IMG/VR virus record: IMGVR_UViG_3300047546_000414
Length of the DNA: 64,000 nucleotides
Reading direction: 5' to 3' (one strand)
Source: an uncultured virus (IMG/VR IMGVR_UViG_3300047546_000414)
Taxonomy: Duplodnaviria > Heunggongvirae > Uroviricota > Caudoviricetes
Part shown: positions 34,686 to 44,717 of the stretch, piece by piece
How the letters are laid out: the number at the start of each line of letters is the position of its first letter
How positions within the stretch are numbered: the first letter of the stretch is position 1
Program-made: the position numbers and the translations under genes
The notes under the pieces: model-generated
The model's input: only the letters and a program-made list of their open reading frames with translations
Told to the model about the DNA's origin: nothing
The model's database searches: none

Positions 34686-35117
34686 TCAAGAGGACTTTGC
34701 TATTGCAAAATAATGAATCTTGACTGCACTTGGGCTTGTAATAGATTTGCCAATTGCATTTGCTGCTCTAGTTAAAACTGCTGTACATCCAGTAGATGTT
34801 GGCCCACTCTTTAAAAATACTATAATTTCAGAATCTACTGAACTTGTTTCAACTGTGAGTTGAACTGATGCAGGAGCAGCCGTAAGTGGTGGGGCAAATG
34901 TAATTGGAACTTCTTTAGCAGCAGTAAGGCTAAGGCTAGGAACAGATACAGTCCCCATGGTCATTTTTTGAGCAATAGCCTTATCTGCTAGAGTTCCAAA
35001 TTGACCAGGTAGAGACAATGCCTGTGCATTAACCTTGTTAACATATTCAACAAGCTTTCTGAGTTCTGATGCTGATATAGGTGCACCATCTTCAAAATTA
35101 AAACTTGTGTCTGCCAT
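34686..35117 (-). CDS. small tail-associated protein (beta-sandwich C-terminus)
   Basis: FEDGAPISASEL N-terminus, ITF.PPL..P.VQLT...IHYFAIA. Last gene of the tail cluster. Confidence 0.55.
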   Translation of the reverse strand: MADTSFNFEDGAPISASELRKLVEYVNKVNAQALSLPGQFGTLADKAIAQKMTMGTVSVPSLSLTAAKEVPITFAPPLTAAPASVQLTVETSSVDSEIIVFLKSGPTSTGCTAVLTRAANAIGKSITSPSAVKIHYFAIAKSS

Positions 35118-35121
35118 TTTG

Positions 35122-35313
35122 TTAGTTTACCTCATCCATTTTATTTTGTAAAGACTCAGCATATTGAATTGCCGCATCTTCTTTTTTATTTTGTTGATCC
35201 ATCAACATTGTTATTTCTGCTCTAAGAATTGCAATTTGTGTCTCATAATTTGAGACAACTTCACCAATTCTTTGTTGTAGAGCGGCTATAACTAATTCAG
35301 CTTTTTCAGCCAT
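35122..35313 (-). CDS. coiled-coil hypothetical protein
   Basis: Heptad pattern. Confidence 0.65.
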   Translation of the reverse strand: MAEKAELVIAALQQRIGEVVSNYETQIAILRAEITMLMDQQNKKEDAAIQYAESLQNKMDEVN

Positions 35314-35321
35314 TTAATTTC

Positions 35322-35558
35322 CTATTCTACGATTGATTGTTGCTCTGTTACCAATACTGCTCTTTTAGCATTTAGCACATTAAGTTGGCTATTGTAGTTT
35401 GCCAATCTTTCTGCATCTGGATTTGTGGCAGCATTTTCTACAAGAATGTCTAGCTCTAGACCATAAATTGTATAATCTATGCTTCTAATATGCTGATTAA
35501 CAATAGTTAATTTATCCTCTGTGGTTAGCAGGGTGGTTGGTTCTGTTGTTGGTGTCAT
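35322..35558 (-). CDS. coiled-coil hypothetical protein
   Basis: SD AAGGAGG and an extended -10 upstream. Confidence 0.65.
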   Translation of the reverse strand: MTPTTEPTTLLTTEDKLTIVNQHIRSIDYTIYGLELDILVENAATNPDAERLANYNSQLNVLNAKRAVLVTEQQSIVE

Positions 35559-35590
35559 TGTTTCCTCCTTATATATTATATCATTAATGC

Positions 35591-35854
35591 CTAGGATAGC
35601 AAGTGCTTTTCAATATTGCTTGGTAGATTAGACTCTGGTCTTATACCAAGCTCATTAAGCAGCACTATCCTTCTATGAATTAACTGTTTCATTCTATCAT
35701 TTGCGTCTTTTAGGTCAGGCCTTTCATTTTCCCCCTCTATTGATAGATCAGGGATTGATCTTAAAATATTATTTATTTCGGTCATAGTAGCCCTTTGAAG
35801 ATCTTCTATTTCACGAATTTCTTTTATCTTATTTTTCTCTATTTCATTAAACAT
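35591..35854 (-). CDS. hypothetical protein (possible fibre chaperone)
   Basis: Helical hairpin directly after the fibre gene. Confidence 0.55.
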   Translation of the reverse strand: MFNEIEKNKIKEIREIEDLQRATMTEINNILRSIPDLSIEGENERPDLKDANDRMKQLIHRRIVLLNELGIRPESNLPSNIEKHLLS

Positions 35855-35863
35855 TTTTATCCT

Positions 35864-38800
35864 TTACTGAGGGTTAATATTTGTTGAATTTTCAGCATAT
35901 GATCCAGCATCTGATGTTCCTATAGAATATCTATATGTGCTAAATGAATTATCATAAATAACACCCTGAATACCAAATCTATATGAGGTTCCAGTCAATG
36001 AAGTATAACTATCTGATCTTGGAGTTTCTGAAAATAAAGTATGTGTTGCTGTTGCTCCAGAAGAAGTATTTCTAACTCTTGTATTCCACCAATAAAAAGT
36101 TGTGTCTGTTCCAGTTCTAGAAGAAGACCAAGTTCCAGTAAGCTGTCTAGTTGCTGTTTTTGATGCAGAAATTGAAGATACTGTAATTGCACCAGGTGTT
36201 GCTGCTGCAGAAGTAGTCAAGCTATAGTTTGCAGAAGCAGTATTACCAGTTGATGATGTTACTGTAACTGTTCCAGTATATGTAGTGCTTGCAGTCAATC
36301 CAGTTTTTGAAACAGAAGTTTGTGTTGTTCCGCTACCGCTAAATGTTCCAGTTGAAGACCAAGAAGACTGATTTGTTGAACTCCAGTTAATTGTACCTTG
36401 GTTTGAAGTAACTCCGCTATTTGATCCCATTGTAATTGTTGGAATAACTGCATTGCTTGTCCATTTAGCCCACAATGTAAGACTTGAAGTTGGAGTATAT
36501 GAAGAGTTAGCCGCATATGTTGTTCCAGTTCCAAATTGGTTTGTGTTCCATCCACCAAAAGTAAACCCAGACTGGCTAATAGCGCCTGGCAAAGTTACTG
36601 AACCACCTTCCGATGTTTGAGTTACATCAGCTGGAGTGGATGAACCACCATTAGCATTAAAAGATACTGTATATAAGGTTAAATTTGTTAATGGACCTAA
36701 TTCTGTTCCACCAACAAATCCAGAAGAATAGCTTCCATTAGATGCGTTTACAAAAGACCTATAATACCTTCTACCATTTGGGTCTGTAAAATCAGAAGAC
36801 GGTATTGAATAAGTACCGCTTGTTGACGAAGTGCTTGCTGCTAAAGTTTCATAAGTAGCAACGTTTTGAGTTCCACGATAAAGTCTTAAATCATAAGATG
36901 TTGCGTTTATCCAAGTTCCTGCACCGTATGTAAGAGTTTGCCCTACTTTAGTAGTTCCAGAAAGTGTTGGATTAACTGTAACTAATGGAGACATTGTAAC
37001 TGGTCCATTCCAATCGCTTACATTGCCAGCACCAGTGCCATTCAATGTTTTTGCAGATCTTACCCACCAATAATATGCATATCCTGATGCCGCTGTCATA
37101 ACTCTTGAAGCTGAAGAAGAAGATGAAGAGGTGGCATCTGGTGTGCTAGATACTGTTCCAGTCAGTGTTGGAATAGATGTGCTTGTAATTGGCTGATACC
37201 AAACCTGATAATATGGTCCAGATCCACCAGTATAATTTATTGTCCATGTTTGATTTGATGTGTTATAACTAACACTGGTAATTGTTGGAGATGATAAATT
37301 TACTCCAGTAGTAATGGTGCTGCCAAGTTGTGTCAGCCCAGTATAACTTACTCCATTAGCATATTCATAAATTGCAGTTATTTCTAAATAGTATTGAGTA
37401 TTATAATCAACACCATTTGCAGAAGTATATTGTATGGATGTGCTTGTAGTAGTTGAAGCTGCAAGTTGTACCCAGCTAGATCCAGTCCATCTATATAAAA
37501 CAAGAGAGTATTTATTGGTTGCTCCGCTACCAGACCAACTAAAATTTATTGTTCTTGGATCAGTTCCCAGTGTGGGAGTGTTTTGAGTTACTGAAGGATA
37601 ATCTGATCCATTTAAAACTTTTGTTCCATAATTTGTTAATGTTCCACCAGGACCAGTTTTATTTGAATTTCCCCATGCTCTTAAATAAGCAGTATAACTT
37701 CTGCTAATTGAATTTCCTCCAGATAAAGCTATTACACCTGCGGTATTAGACCCAATGTTTACATACCCTGGTAAATAATCTGTTGCATTTATACTATCAT
37801 ATTCTAGAGAACCTTCTACCGAACCCGTATTGGATCCTGATGTAAAAAATATGTGACCACTATAATTGCTAAAAGACTTTATAACAACAGAGGTTGGTGC
37901 AGATGGCGGAGACACAGACTGAATACTTAAAGAATTGCTTTCAGAACTAGTCATTTCATCATAATTTGTTAACCTTATTTTAACGCTGTATGTAGTATTT
38001 GCATTTACATATATTTTTCCACCATTAGCAGTATTAATATATCCAGTTCCAAAGGTTCCGTATGTGCCTGTAGATATTTGAGTCCAAGACCCATTGTCTA
38101 TAGAGTATTCGTAGTATTTGTCTATATTGCTTCCTGTAGAAGATTGAGATAAGTCAAAAGCAATGTATGTTCCAAAATAATCCGAGTTGGACGTTCCATT
38201 ATATATGTATGGTGTAGATGGAGCCACAGATGGTGGATATAGCGTATTTGTAGATATAACAGATCCTGTTGTTGTGCTACCATTTTTTGATCTAGCTGTA
38301 ATTTCATAATATTCATAGTCATCAACATTTACAGTAGCAGTTAAAACACCACCAGATCTATTAGATTCATAAAAATATGGAGACGCATCATAGGTTAATA
38401 AAGTTACATATGTCATATACATACTAAATGTATATGTTCCACTTACGTTTGGAGCATATCCACGTACTTGTAACTCATATCTATCTGCATTTGCAGATTG
38501 TCCAATTTCAACAGAAACAGTTCTTTTATAAGAACTTGATCCAGTATCGTAATATCTTGGAAACTTTTGTGCATTAGAAAGGCTAAACGGACCATTTGCT
38601 GCTGTTGTTGCTACTGTTGTAGTTTGAGTTCTAGAAACATCTGAAACTGGTGGCCATTCAGTATAAGTATTTTTAACAATTAATTTTGCCACAATATATT
38701 TATTAGATCCAACTGGTGTATATGTTGCACTTCCTTGTAAACTTGTAGAATTATCTGTTGTAATTGTTGTATTGTATAAAGGCGTTGTTTGTTTTAATGT

Positions 38801-39688
38801 ATTTGAATCTAATGTTTGACCTGAGTAGTCTACCTCATGCCACTCAATCTTAGAAGAATATCTATCTGCACTTCTCCACCATTCATTTTTTAAATTATAT
38901 GTAACCGTTTTTGCAGTCCCAACAACAGCCACCCCAGTATCAACCATTGTAAATGAAGTTACTTTTGGCTCTTGTTTAGAGACATATACAGCTTGACTAA
39001 ATCCTCTTCCAGTATACTGTCCAACAGTTTTGCTAATTCTATACCAAATATAGTAATTGTCATATGTTCCCATAACGGCTTCTGAGTTTCTAAGCTTATC
39101 GCCTTCATAATTTCCTTCATCATCATAGGCCTGGTCTCCGCCATATGGATCCAAATTTGTGCTCCATACAAAGGTTGCATTAGTTGTTGCATTTGTAGAA
39201 TTAACCCAGTCTCCATCTTTTCCCCATAAAAATGTTGGATTAGAGGAGCCTACTTGGTTTCCATTACTATCTAAATACCAAGTGTTTTGTCCGATTCCTT
39301 GTGGCCCTGGACCCATTTGTACCCATACAGGCTGATAAGGATCTGATGCCCAAAATGCGGCTGCATCTGTACCAAAACCGCCAACAATTTCTCCATTATA
39401 AGAATTATATCTAATTGTTGGTGCTACAGTTGCAAATGGCTGGTTAGCGTTTTTATAATGTATTCTGTACCAGTTTCCATTTCTAAAGATATACATAGCT
39501 TTAATTCTTCGCCAAGATCTGGTTGAATCTGTATATCTTCCAGGTACGGCTGTTAAAGATGCAGTTTCATTACCACTGGTTTTTCTATAAAAATTTGAAT
39601 GCTTTCTCCAATTTTTTGAAGAATCTGTAAAGTTGCTTGCTGAAGTAGCATAGTATGTTGCTGGAGTTGTTTTTCTGTACATTGCCAT
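35864..39688 (-). CDS. tail fibre / receptor-binding protein with FN3/Ig-like repeats and a Listeria-Bacteroides (InlB B) repeat
   Basis: S/T/G/Y-rich. FN3 motifs (ANTTYSVKIR, YNTQYY, GLTASTTYTG). YTVSFNANGGS...GFTFGGWNT...LTLWAKW repeat. Confidence 0.75.
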   Translation of the reverse strand: MAMYRKTTPATYYATSASNFTDSSKNWRKHSNFYRKTSGNETASLTAVPGRYTDSTRSWRRIKAMYIFRNGNWYRIHYKNANQPFATVAPTIRYNSYNGEIVGGFGTDAAAFWASDPYQPVWVQMGPGPQGIGQNTWYLDSNGNQVGSSNPTFLWGKDGDWVNSTNATTNATFVWSTNLDPYGGDQAYDDEGNYEGDKLRNSEAVMGTYDNYYIWYRISKTVGQYTGRGFSQAVYVSKQEPKVTSFTMVDTGVAVVGTAKTVTYNLKNEWWRSADRYSSKIEWHEVDYSGQTLDSNTLKQTTPLYNTTITTDNSTSLQGSATYTPVGSNKYIVAKLIVKNTYTEWPPVSDVSRTQTTTVATTAANGPFSLSNAQKFPRYYDTGSSSYKRTVSVEIGQSANADRYELQVRGYAPNVSGTYTFSMYMTYVTLLTYDASPYFYESNRSGGVLTATVNVDDYEYYEITARSKNGSTTTGSVISTNTLYPPSVAPSTPYIYNGTSNSDYFGTYIAFDLSQSSTGSNIDKYYEYSIDNGSWTQISTGTYGTFGTGYINTANGGKIYVNANTTYSVKIRLTNYDEMTSSESNSLSIQSVSPPSAPTSVVIKSFSNYSGHIFFTSGSNTGSVEGSLEYDSINATDYLPGYVNIGSNTAGVIALSGGNSISRSYTAYLRAWGNSNKTGPGGTLTNYGTKVLNGSDYPSVTQNTPTLGTDPRTINFSWSGSGATNKYSLVLYRWTGSSWVQLAASTTTSTSIQYTSANGVDYNTQYYLEITAIYEYANGVSYTGLTQLGSTITTGVNLSSPTITSVSYNTSNQTWTINYTGGSGPYYQVWYQPITSTSIPTLTGTVSSTPDATSSSSSSASRVMTAASGYAYYWWVRSAKTLNGTGAGNVSDWNGPVTMSPLVTVNPTLSGTTKVGQTLTYGAGTWINATSYDLRLYRGTQNVATYETLAASTSSTSGTYSIPSSDFTDPNGRRYYRSFVNASNGSYSSGFVGGTELGPLTNLTLYTVSFNANGGSSTPADVTQTSEGGSVTLPGAISQSGFTFGGWNTNQFGTGTTYAANSSYTPTSSLTLWAKWTSNAVIPTITMGSNSGVTSNQGTINWSSTNQSSWSSTGTFSGSGTTQTSVSKTGLTASTTYTGTVTVTSSTGNTASANYSLTTSAAATPGAITVSSISASKTATRQLTGTWSSSRTGTDTTFYWWNTRVRNTSSGATATHTLFSETPRSDSYTSLTGTSYRFGIQGVIYDNSFSTYRYSIGTSDAGSYAENSTNINPQ

Positions 39689-39689
39689 T

Positions 39690-41963
39690 TTAGTCCACCG
39701 TCATCCATATGTCTCCAGACCTAAATGGTTCATAATCCATTCCACCAGTTAAACTGTTTGGAATATATCTTCCTAGATTAGCAGAAGTTGGAATTACAAT
39801 TCCACCATAATGTAATGCTCTTCCTCTAGTAAGCTCACCATTAGAATTTAAAACAAGATACCCATCGCCGCCATAATTATTTTGATCGCTATCAATAACT
39901 CCGTCTTGAATTGCAGCCTTACTAAATTTAACATATCCAGTATCAAATGTTAGTGGGTTTGCTCTTGATGCAGATCCACCACCAAATTGAAAAACACCAT
40001 TTCCAAAATTAAATTTGCCATCTGCTTGCCAGTAATCGTTATTGTCAAGGTAGATTCCTTCTGTGGCTTTAGTTTGACCGTTAATGACAACATTTCTACC
40101 AATCTTCATATTACCTAAAGTAAGGACAAATGAATTTGCCACTGGGTTAGCATCAAATGTTAAGGCTCCGCCTGCAATATAAAAATCTCCACTATCTAAA
40201 TCAATGGCTGTATAAGGAACACCAGAAGATATTTCACCATTAGATCTAATAACACCTGTGCTAATTGATCCGCCTTTAATTTTAGTATAATTAGAATTTG
40301 GTGTAATTACTCCATCTCTAAACGTTTCCCACTGTGTCATATTATTGGTATATCCGCTAACTGTTACGGTAAGTCCTGCAAGACTGCCGACTGCTCCCTC
40401 TGCAGCATCTTTTGCCTGTTGAGCTTTTGATGCTGCGTCGTCTAATGCAGTTTTAGTTGGCCCACCTATAATTTCTAGGTTTCCACGCATGGTAAGAGAA
40501 GATCCATTCCATGTTAAAAAGTTTTGAGTTCCTATATCATTACCAAGTTGCATTGTTCCAGATGTAGTAATCTTAAAATTTCCAACAGTATTGTTGTCTG
40601 TTTTATAATATATTCCAGCTTCTGAACCACTAGAAGCAAGTCTTAAATGGTTGCCGCTTGTTGCTCCAAGTGTTATGATTCCGTCTTTGTCAATTTTAAA
40701 AGTATTGTCTAGATTTCCAATTGATTGTGCTGAAAGAGTAAGTCCACCAATTGTTCCAGACTTTGCTTCTATAATTCCACTAGAAGTTAAATTAAAATTA
40801 GTTGATGTTATTCCTGATGAACCAATTGTAATTCCACTAAATGTTCCACTTGCACCACTGATATCTCCACTAAAAGAAAGATTGCCTGCAAAATCTGCTC
40901 TCATTGCTGGCGTTGTTCCGTCAGACTTATAAATTGTAAGTCCTGGAAGAACACCATTGGTTGTAGTTGTGAGTCCACTCAGAGTTACTCTTGCCCCATC
41001 AGATGCGCCAGCTTTTAGATATGTTGTAAACTCTCCATTTCCAGCAACAAGATTTTCAATTGATATAACGCCATTTTCTAAATCTACTTTATTGGCTTTT
41101 GTTGGTCTAATACCAGTTGCATTAATTCTTGTCCATGTAGCAACTCCATTATTTTTATACAGCTCCCCGTTTGTATTTGTAGCAATATAATATAAATATG
41201 TATCGGCAGTATAGCTAACATTTGAGCCAAGTGCTATGTTTGCTGAGTTGGCGCTATTGTTAACAGAAAGTTGTGCTACTGGAATTCCTGGCTCTGATGT
41301 AACAGATGGACCTAAATTTGAAGTTGCTGCATATACTATAATAGATTGGAATCCTTTAAATGTATTATCTACATATGATCCATCCCAACTTACCTTTAAT
41401 CCAAATGGTATTGATATTACATTTAATCCTGTTGGCAAGGTAGGTGCTTCAACTATTACAGATGTTCCAGTTACGGTTACGCTTCTTACTTGGCTAAATA
41501 CAGATACTGTTTTTCCGTCTGCAGCAACTGCTTTTAATTGAACATAGTATACTCCAGCTTCAGCAGCAATTGTTTTTGTTCCAGGCGCAAGAAAGTAGTC
41601 TGCTGGAGTTGAACCGTCTCCAAATTTGCCTCCAGATATGTGAACACTTACTCTAGAAACATTTGGTATTGTATTGCCACCAGAATCTTTTCCGCTCCAT
41701 GTAATTGCAATTACACCTTGTCCTCCAACAACATCTGTTGCTGCAAGTCCTGGTTCTCCTGGTGCTGGAATCGTATTTGCTAAAACATATCTAGTTGCAG
41801 ACCATGCGCCAATTTGCCCATTGGCAAACACCCATTGAAACTGGATGCCGTAGCCAGTATTTGGCTTAAGGCCAGTTATCTTTACGTCCCAATAATTTTT
41901 ATCGCTGGGATCTTGATATCCAGTAAAGTTAAGGTCTGCTGGTACTAGTATATTGTCTGCCAT
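39690..41963 (-). CDS. minor tail protein / fibre with FN3 domains
   Basis: GLKPNTGYGIQFQW and PTGLNV..LKVSWDG FN3 motifs. Gly-rich beta repeats. C-terminal GDIW. Confidence 0.75.
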   Translation of the reverse strand: MADNILVPADLNFTGYQDPSDKNYWDVKITGLKPNTGYGIQFQWVFANGQIGAWSATRYVLANTIPAPGEPGLAATDVVGGQGVIAITWSGKDSGGNTIPNVSRVSVHISGGKFGDGSTPADYFLAPGTKTIAAEAGVYYVQLKAVAADGKTVSVFSQVRSVTVTGTSVIVEAPTLPTGLNVISIPFGLKVSWDGSYVDNTFKGFQSIIVYAATSNLGPSVTSEPGIPVAQLSVNNSANSANIALGSNVSYTADTYLYYIATNTNGELYKNNGVATWTRINATGIRPTKANKVDLENGVISIENLVAGNGEFTTYLKAGASDGARVTLSGLTTTTNGVLPGLTIYKSDGTTPAMRADFAGNLSFSGDISGASGTFSGITIGSSGITSTNFNLTSSGIIEAKSGTIGGLTLSAQSIGNLDNTFKIDKDGIITLGATSGNHLRLASSGSEAGIYYKTDNNTVGNFKITTSGTMQLGNDIGTQNFLTWNGSSLTMRGNLEIIGGPTKTALDDAASKAQQAKDAAEGAVGSLAGLTVTVSGYTNNMTQWETFRDGVITPNSNYTKIKGGSISTGVIRSNGEISSGVPYTAIDLDSGDFYIAGGALTFDANPVANSFVLTLGNMKIGRNVVINGQTKATEGIYLDNNDYWQADGKFNFGNGVFQFGGGSASRANPLTFDTGYVKFSKAAIQDGVIDSDQNNYGGDGYLVLNSNGELTRGRALHYGGIVIPTSANLGRYIPNSLTGGMDYEPFRSGDIWMTVD

Positions 41964-42838
41964 TAATAATCAATACCTAGCCTAAATTCTATATCTGCTG
42001 GTCTTCCAGCTTTTTTATCTAGTACAACAGGAAGAACTGTTCTTGCTATCAAACCAAATCTTGGATCAAATGTATCTTCATCATTAATTCTGATTCCATC
42101 TAGATATACAGTAGTTGATCCTGTGCTTTTTGCAGATATTTCAATACCAACTTTAGTTATAGAAGTTATATCTGGAGAACCAGAAGTTTGCATTGTAGAT
42201 ATTGATTTTTGAAGTATCTTTTCTCCAGTGCCTGAAAGATTGTTAAAAGTAATATATGAATATGCTGTATCAGAACTATAAAACTTTACTTTGATTGAAT
42301 CTAAATTTGAATCAGCCTGATTGTATGCTAACGTAACTGTGTCATTAACGCTATATCCAGATATGTCAAATGACGAATACCTTGATTTGTATTCTACACT
42401 TTGTGAAGCGCTACATACAACTTTTGACATAGTTGCACCAATTCTTGGTGTTGGTGCACTTACAAGCTCTGGATTATTATCATTTGAATCTAGCCATAGC
42501 AGATTGTTTTCAAAATCCGCTAAAAACTTGCTATCAAAATTGTTAACAGAGACTCTTGAGGAAGGGTATAGGCCAACTTCTTTTATAATGCCTGCTACAT
42601 CTTGTGGAAGCGTTGCTTTATAAACTACAGCATATGTGCTGTTTCCACTTTGATCCGTTTGAATGTCTATTGTACCTAATGTTACTGGCAATCTATAAAA
42701 TTCAAAACCTAGCCTTGTGTCGTTACCATTTACATCTTCAGTTGTTGAATCTATGCCAACTGCAAGGTCTTGCGCTGGAAACGTAACATTTCCAGCTAAA
42801 TATTGCGCTATGAATCTTTTTCCAAATTTAGTTATCAT
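41963..42838 (-). CDS. minor tail/baseplate protein
   Basis: MITKFGKR...LGFEFYRLP...IKEVGLY pattern of tail-tip proteins. Confidence 0.65.
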   Translation of the reverse strand: MITKFGKRFIAQYLAGNVTFPAQDLAVGIDSTTEDVNGNDTRLGFEFYRLPVTLGTIDIQTDQSGNSTYAVVYKATLPQDVAGIIKEVGLYPSSRVSVNNFDSKFLADFENNLLWLDSNDNNPELVSAPTPRIGATMSKVVCSASQSVEYKSRYSSFDISGYSVNDTVTLAYNQADSNLDSIKVKFYSSDTAYSYITFNNLSGTGEKILQKSISTMQTSGSPDITSITKVGIEISAKSTGSTTVYLDGIRINDEDTFDPRFGLIARTVLPVVLDKKAGRPADIEFRLGIDY

Positions 42839-43284
42839 TGTTTTGGCACCTTTGCATTTAATCCCGCTACGGGATATCCAGTTGAATTTTTAACTCTAAA
42901 AGTAATACTTACGGTTGGAGGACTTACACTATAATCAATTTCTTGCTTGTATATTTCAATGTCAGAAAGATCTGGAGCGGGATATCCAATAGTAAATGTA
43001 AATTCTGGAAATAGTGGCTTGCTTGTGTCTGGACGTTCTTTAAATCCTTTATTTGAATCTCCGCCTTCTCCTGTTGAACCAGGCACTGTTCCAGTTGAAG
43101 AACCACTTGTTCCGCCAAGATCTCCAAAACCTAAATTTCCATATGACCCATATGAGTTTGCTTTTCCTCCATCCAAAACTCTAGTAAATAGAGGGTCTAG
43201 GTCTTCTAGCTCATAGGAACCGCTAACTAAAAAGATAGGTGCATTTTTGCCTACCTCATTTGTAGAAATATTTTGTTTAGCCAT
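42835..43284 (-). CDS. hypothetical tail-region protein
   Basis: Start placed 6 nt after TGGTATAAT. Confidence 0.55.
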   Translation of the reverse strand: MAKQNISTNEVGKNAPIFLVSGSYELEDLDPLFTRVLDGGKANSYGSYGNLGFGDLGGTSGSSTGTVPGSTGEGGDSNKGFKERPDTSKPLFPEFTFTIGYPAPDLSDIEIYKQEIDYSVSPPTVSITFRVKNSTGYPVAGLNAKVPKQ

Positions 43285-43304
43285 TTTTTTATTATACCAT
43301 TTGG

Positions 43305-44717
43305 TCAACTATAAATTGATCTAGCTGTTATATCGGTACTTAACCCTCCATCCCAAGTTTGGTCTACATTTGTAATAACAAATTTTTGAGTTCCGTCTAA
43401 ATTATTAAAAGGATAATTTACTGATATAACATCTCCAACTGAAATTAAAGGATTGGCAAAGGTTCTTACCTTAATAACCATTTGTTTATTTTTCCATTGT
43501 TTTGTTATCCAGTCATAAAGATTTTTAGCATCATCAGCTTTTTGAATCCACTGTGAATCAAAGGATACTGCCTCTTCTGGAGAATAAGGATCAGATGTTT
43601 CTTCTGTATACGTGAGCGGACTTGACTGAACAATACTATTACCAATAATAGCAAATGATGTCCCTGTTGCATCATCCAGAGGAATATAAGTTCCAGAATT
43701 ATTTAAGACATACATCTCTCCAGTAAATGTAGAAAGATTAGATGCAATAACAGAAACTCCTTTATTCACTCCAGTTGTTGGGTATTTAGGGTATGCTGGC
43801 GTTGCGTCATATCTAACTTTTATACTTCTTATTTCTCTAGCAACTGGACCAAATTCTTCTATATATCCATTTTGAGTATTTTCAACTTTTTCTAATCCAG
43901 TAACAAATACATCTCCATAAGCATTAGATACTACGGTATTTGCAAATTGTTTTTGATAAACATTAAATAGTTCTGCGCTATCATATTGCTCTTTTGTAAT
44001 AGGAATTGCATAAACATAGTCAAATGAGCATGTGCCTCTTCTGGAATATAAGCCAATATTTTTTGTAACTGGAAGTTTGGCTACAGTTATTGTGTTTCCA
44101 GCAACTGTGGCTTTTGTTCCAGTATCAGATGCAGTTATTTTAAATCCATTTACGTATCCAATTAAATCAACTCTATTTGTAGATACTTTTACATAGACAT
44201 CAATTTTATACGCTGACCCACTATAAACAGCAGTAAGTTTTGCTGCATCAGAAACAGCTTGAGAATCTTCTAATGCTGTAATTCCTCCATTATAAACTTT
44301 TAAAAATTTAAATTCGTTTCCGCCTTGTGCAGCAGCTGTAGACGTTGTTCTAATTTGAACATAATATCCAGTAGAACCACCACTACCGTTTTTAATAAAA
44401 AATCCTATACCAGCAGATTGTTTTAGGTCTTCTAAAACTGGTTTAAAGAACATTGTTGTTCCAAAAGCATAGTATGAACTTGTTGTATCAATTCCAGAAT
44501 CTTTTGTTATAATAGAAACAGTACTATCATTTTGATCAGTTTCTATAGTTAACAAAGATTTTGCAACTGTAAATTCTTTATTTAAAGTATAGGATACTGC
44601 TTCTACACCATCATATTGTCCAGTAGAAGTATCTTTAAATCCAGTTTGTGCTGTACTTGATGTTCCTGAATTCCATCCTCCATCATCAAATAACGATCCG
44701 CTTTCATATGGTAACAT
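43305..44717 (-). CDS. minor tail protein
   Basis: C-terminal SQWIQ...ANPLISVGDVISVNY tail-hub-like motif. Confidence 0.7.
   Translation of the reverse strand: MLPYESGSLFDDGGWNSGTSSTAQTGFKDTSTGQYDGVEAVSYTLNKEFTVAKSLLTIETDQNDSTVSIITKDSGIDTTSSYYAFGTTMFFKPVLEDLKQSAGIGFFIKNGSGGSTGYYVQIRTTSTAAAQGGNEFKFLKVYNGGITALEDSQAVSDAAKLTAVYSGSAYKIDVYVKVSTNRVDLIGYVNGFKITASDTGTKATVAGNTITVAKLPVTKNIGLYSRRGTCSFDYVYAIPITKEQYDSAELFNVYQKQFANTVVSNAYGDVFVTGLEKVENTQNGYIEEFGPVAREIRSIKVRYDATPAYPKYPTTGVNKGVSVIASNLSTFTGEMYVLNNSGTYIPLDDATGTSFAIIGNSIVQSSPLTYTEETSDPYSPEEAVSFDSQWIQKADDAKNLYDWITKQWKNKQMVIKVRTFANPLISVGDVISVNYPFNNLDGTQKFVITNVDQTWDGGLSTDITARSIYS

Noticed and set aside
35864..41963. Diversity-generating retroelement acting on the tail fibres
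   Set aside because: No reverse transcriptase and no TR/VR repeat pair were seen in the window.
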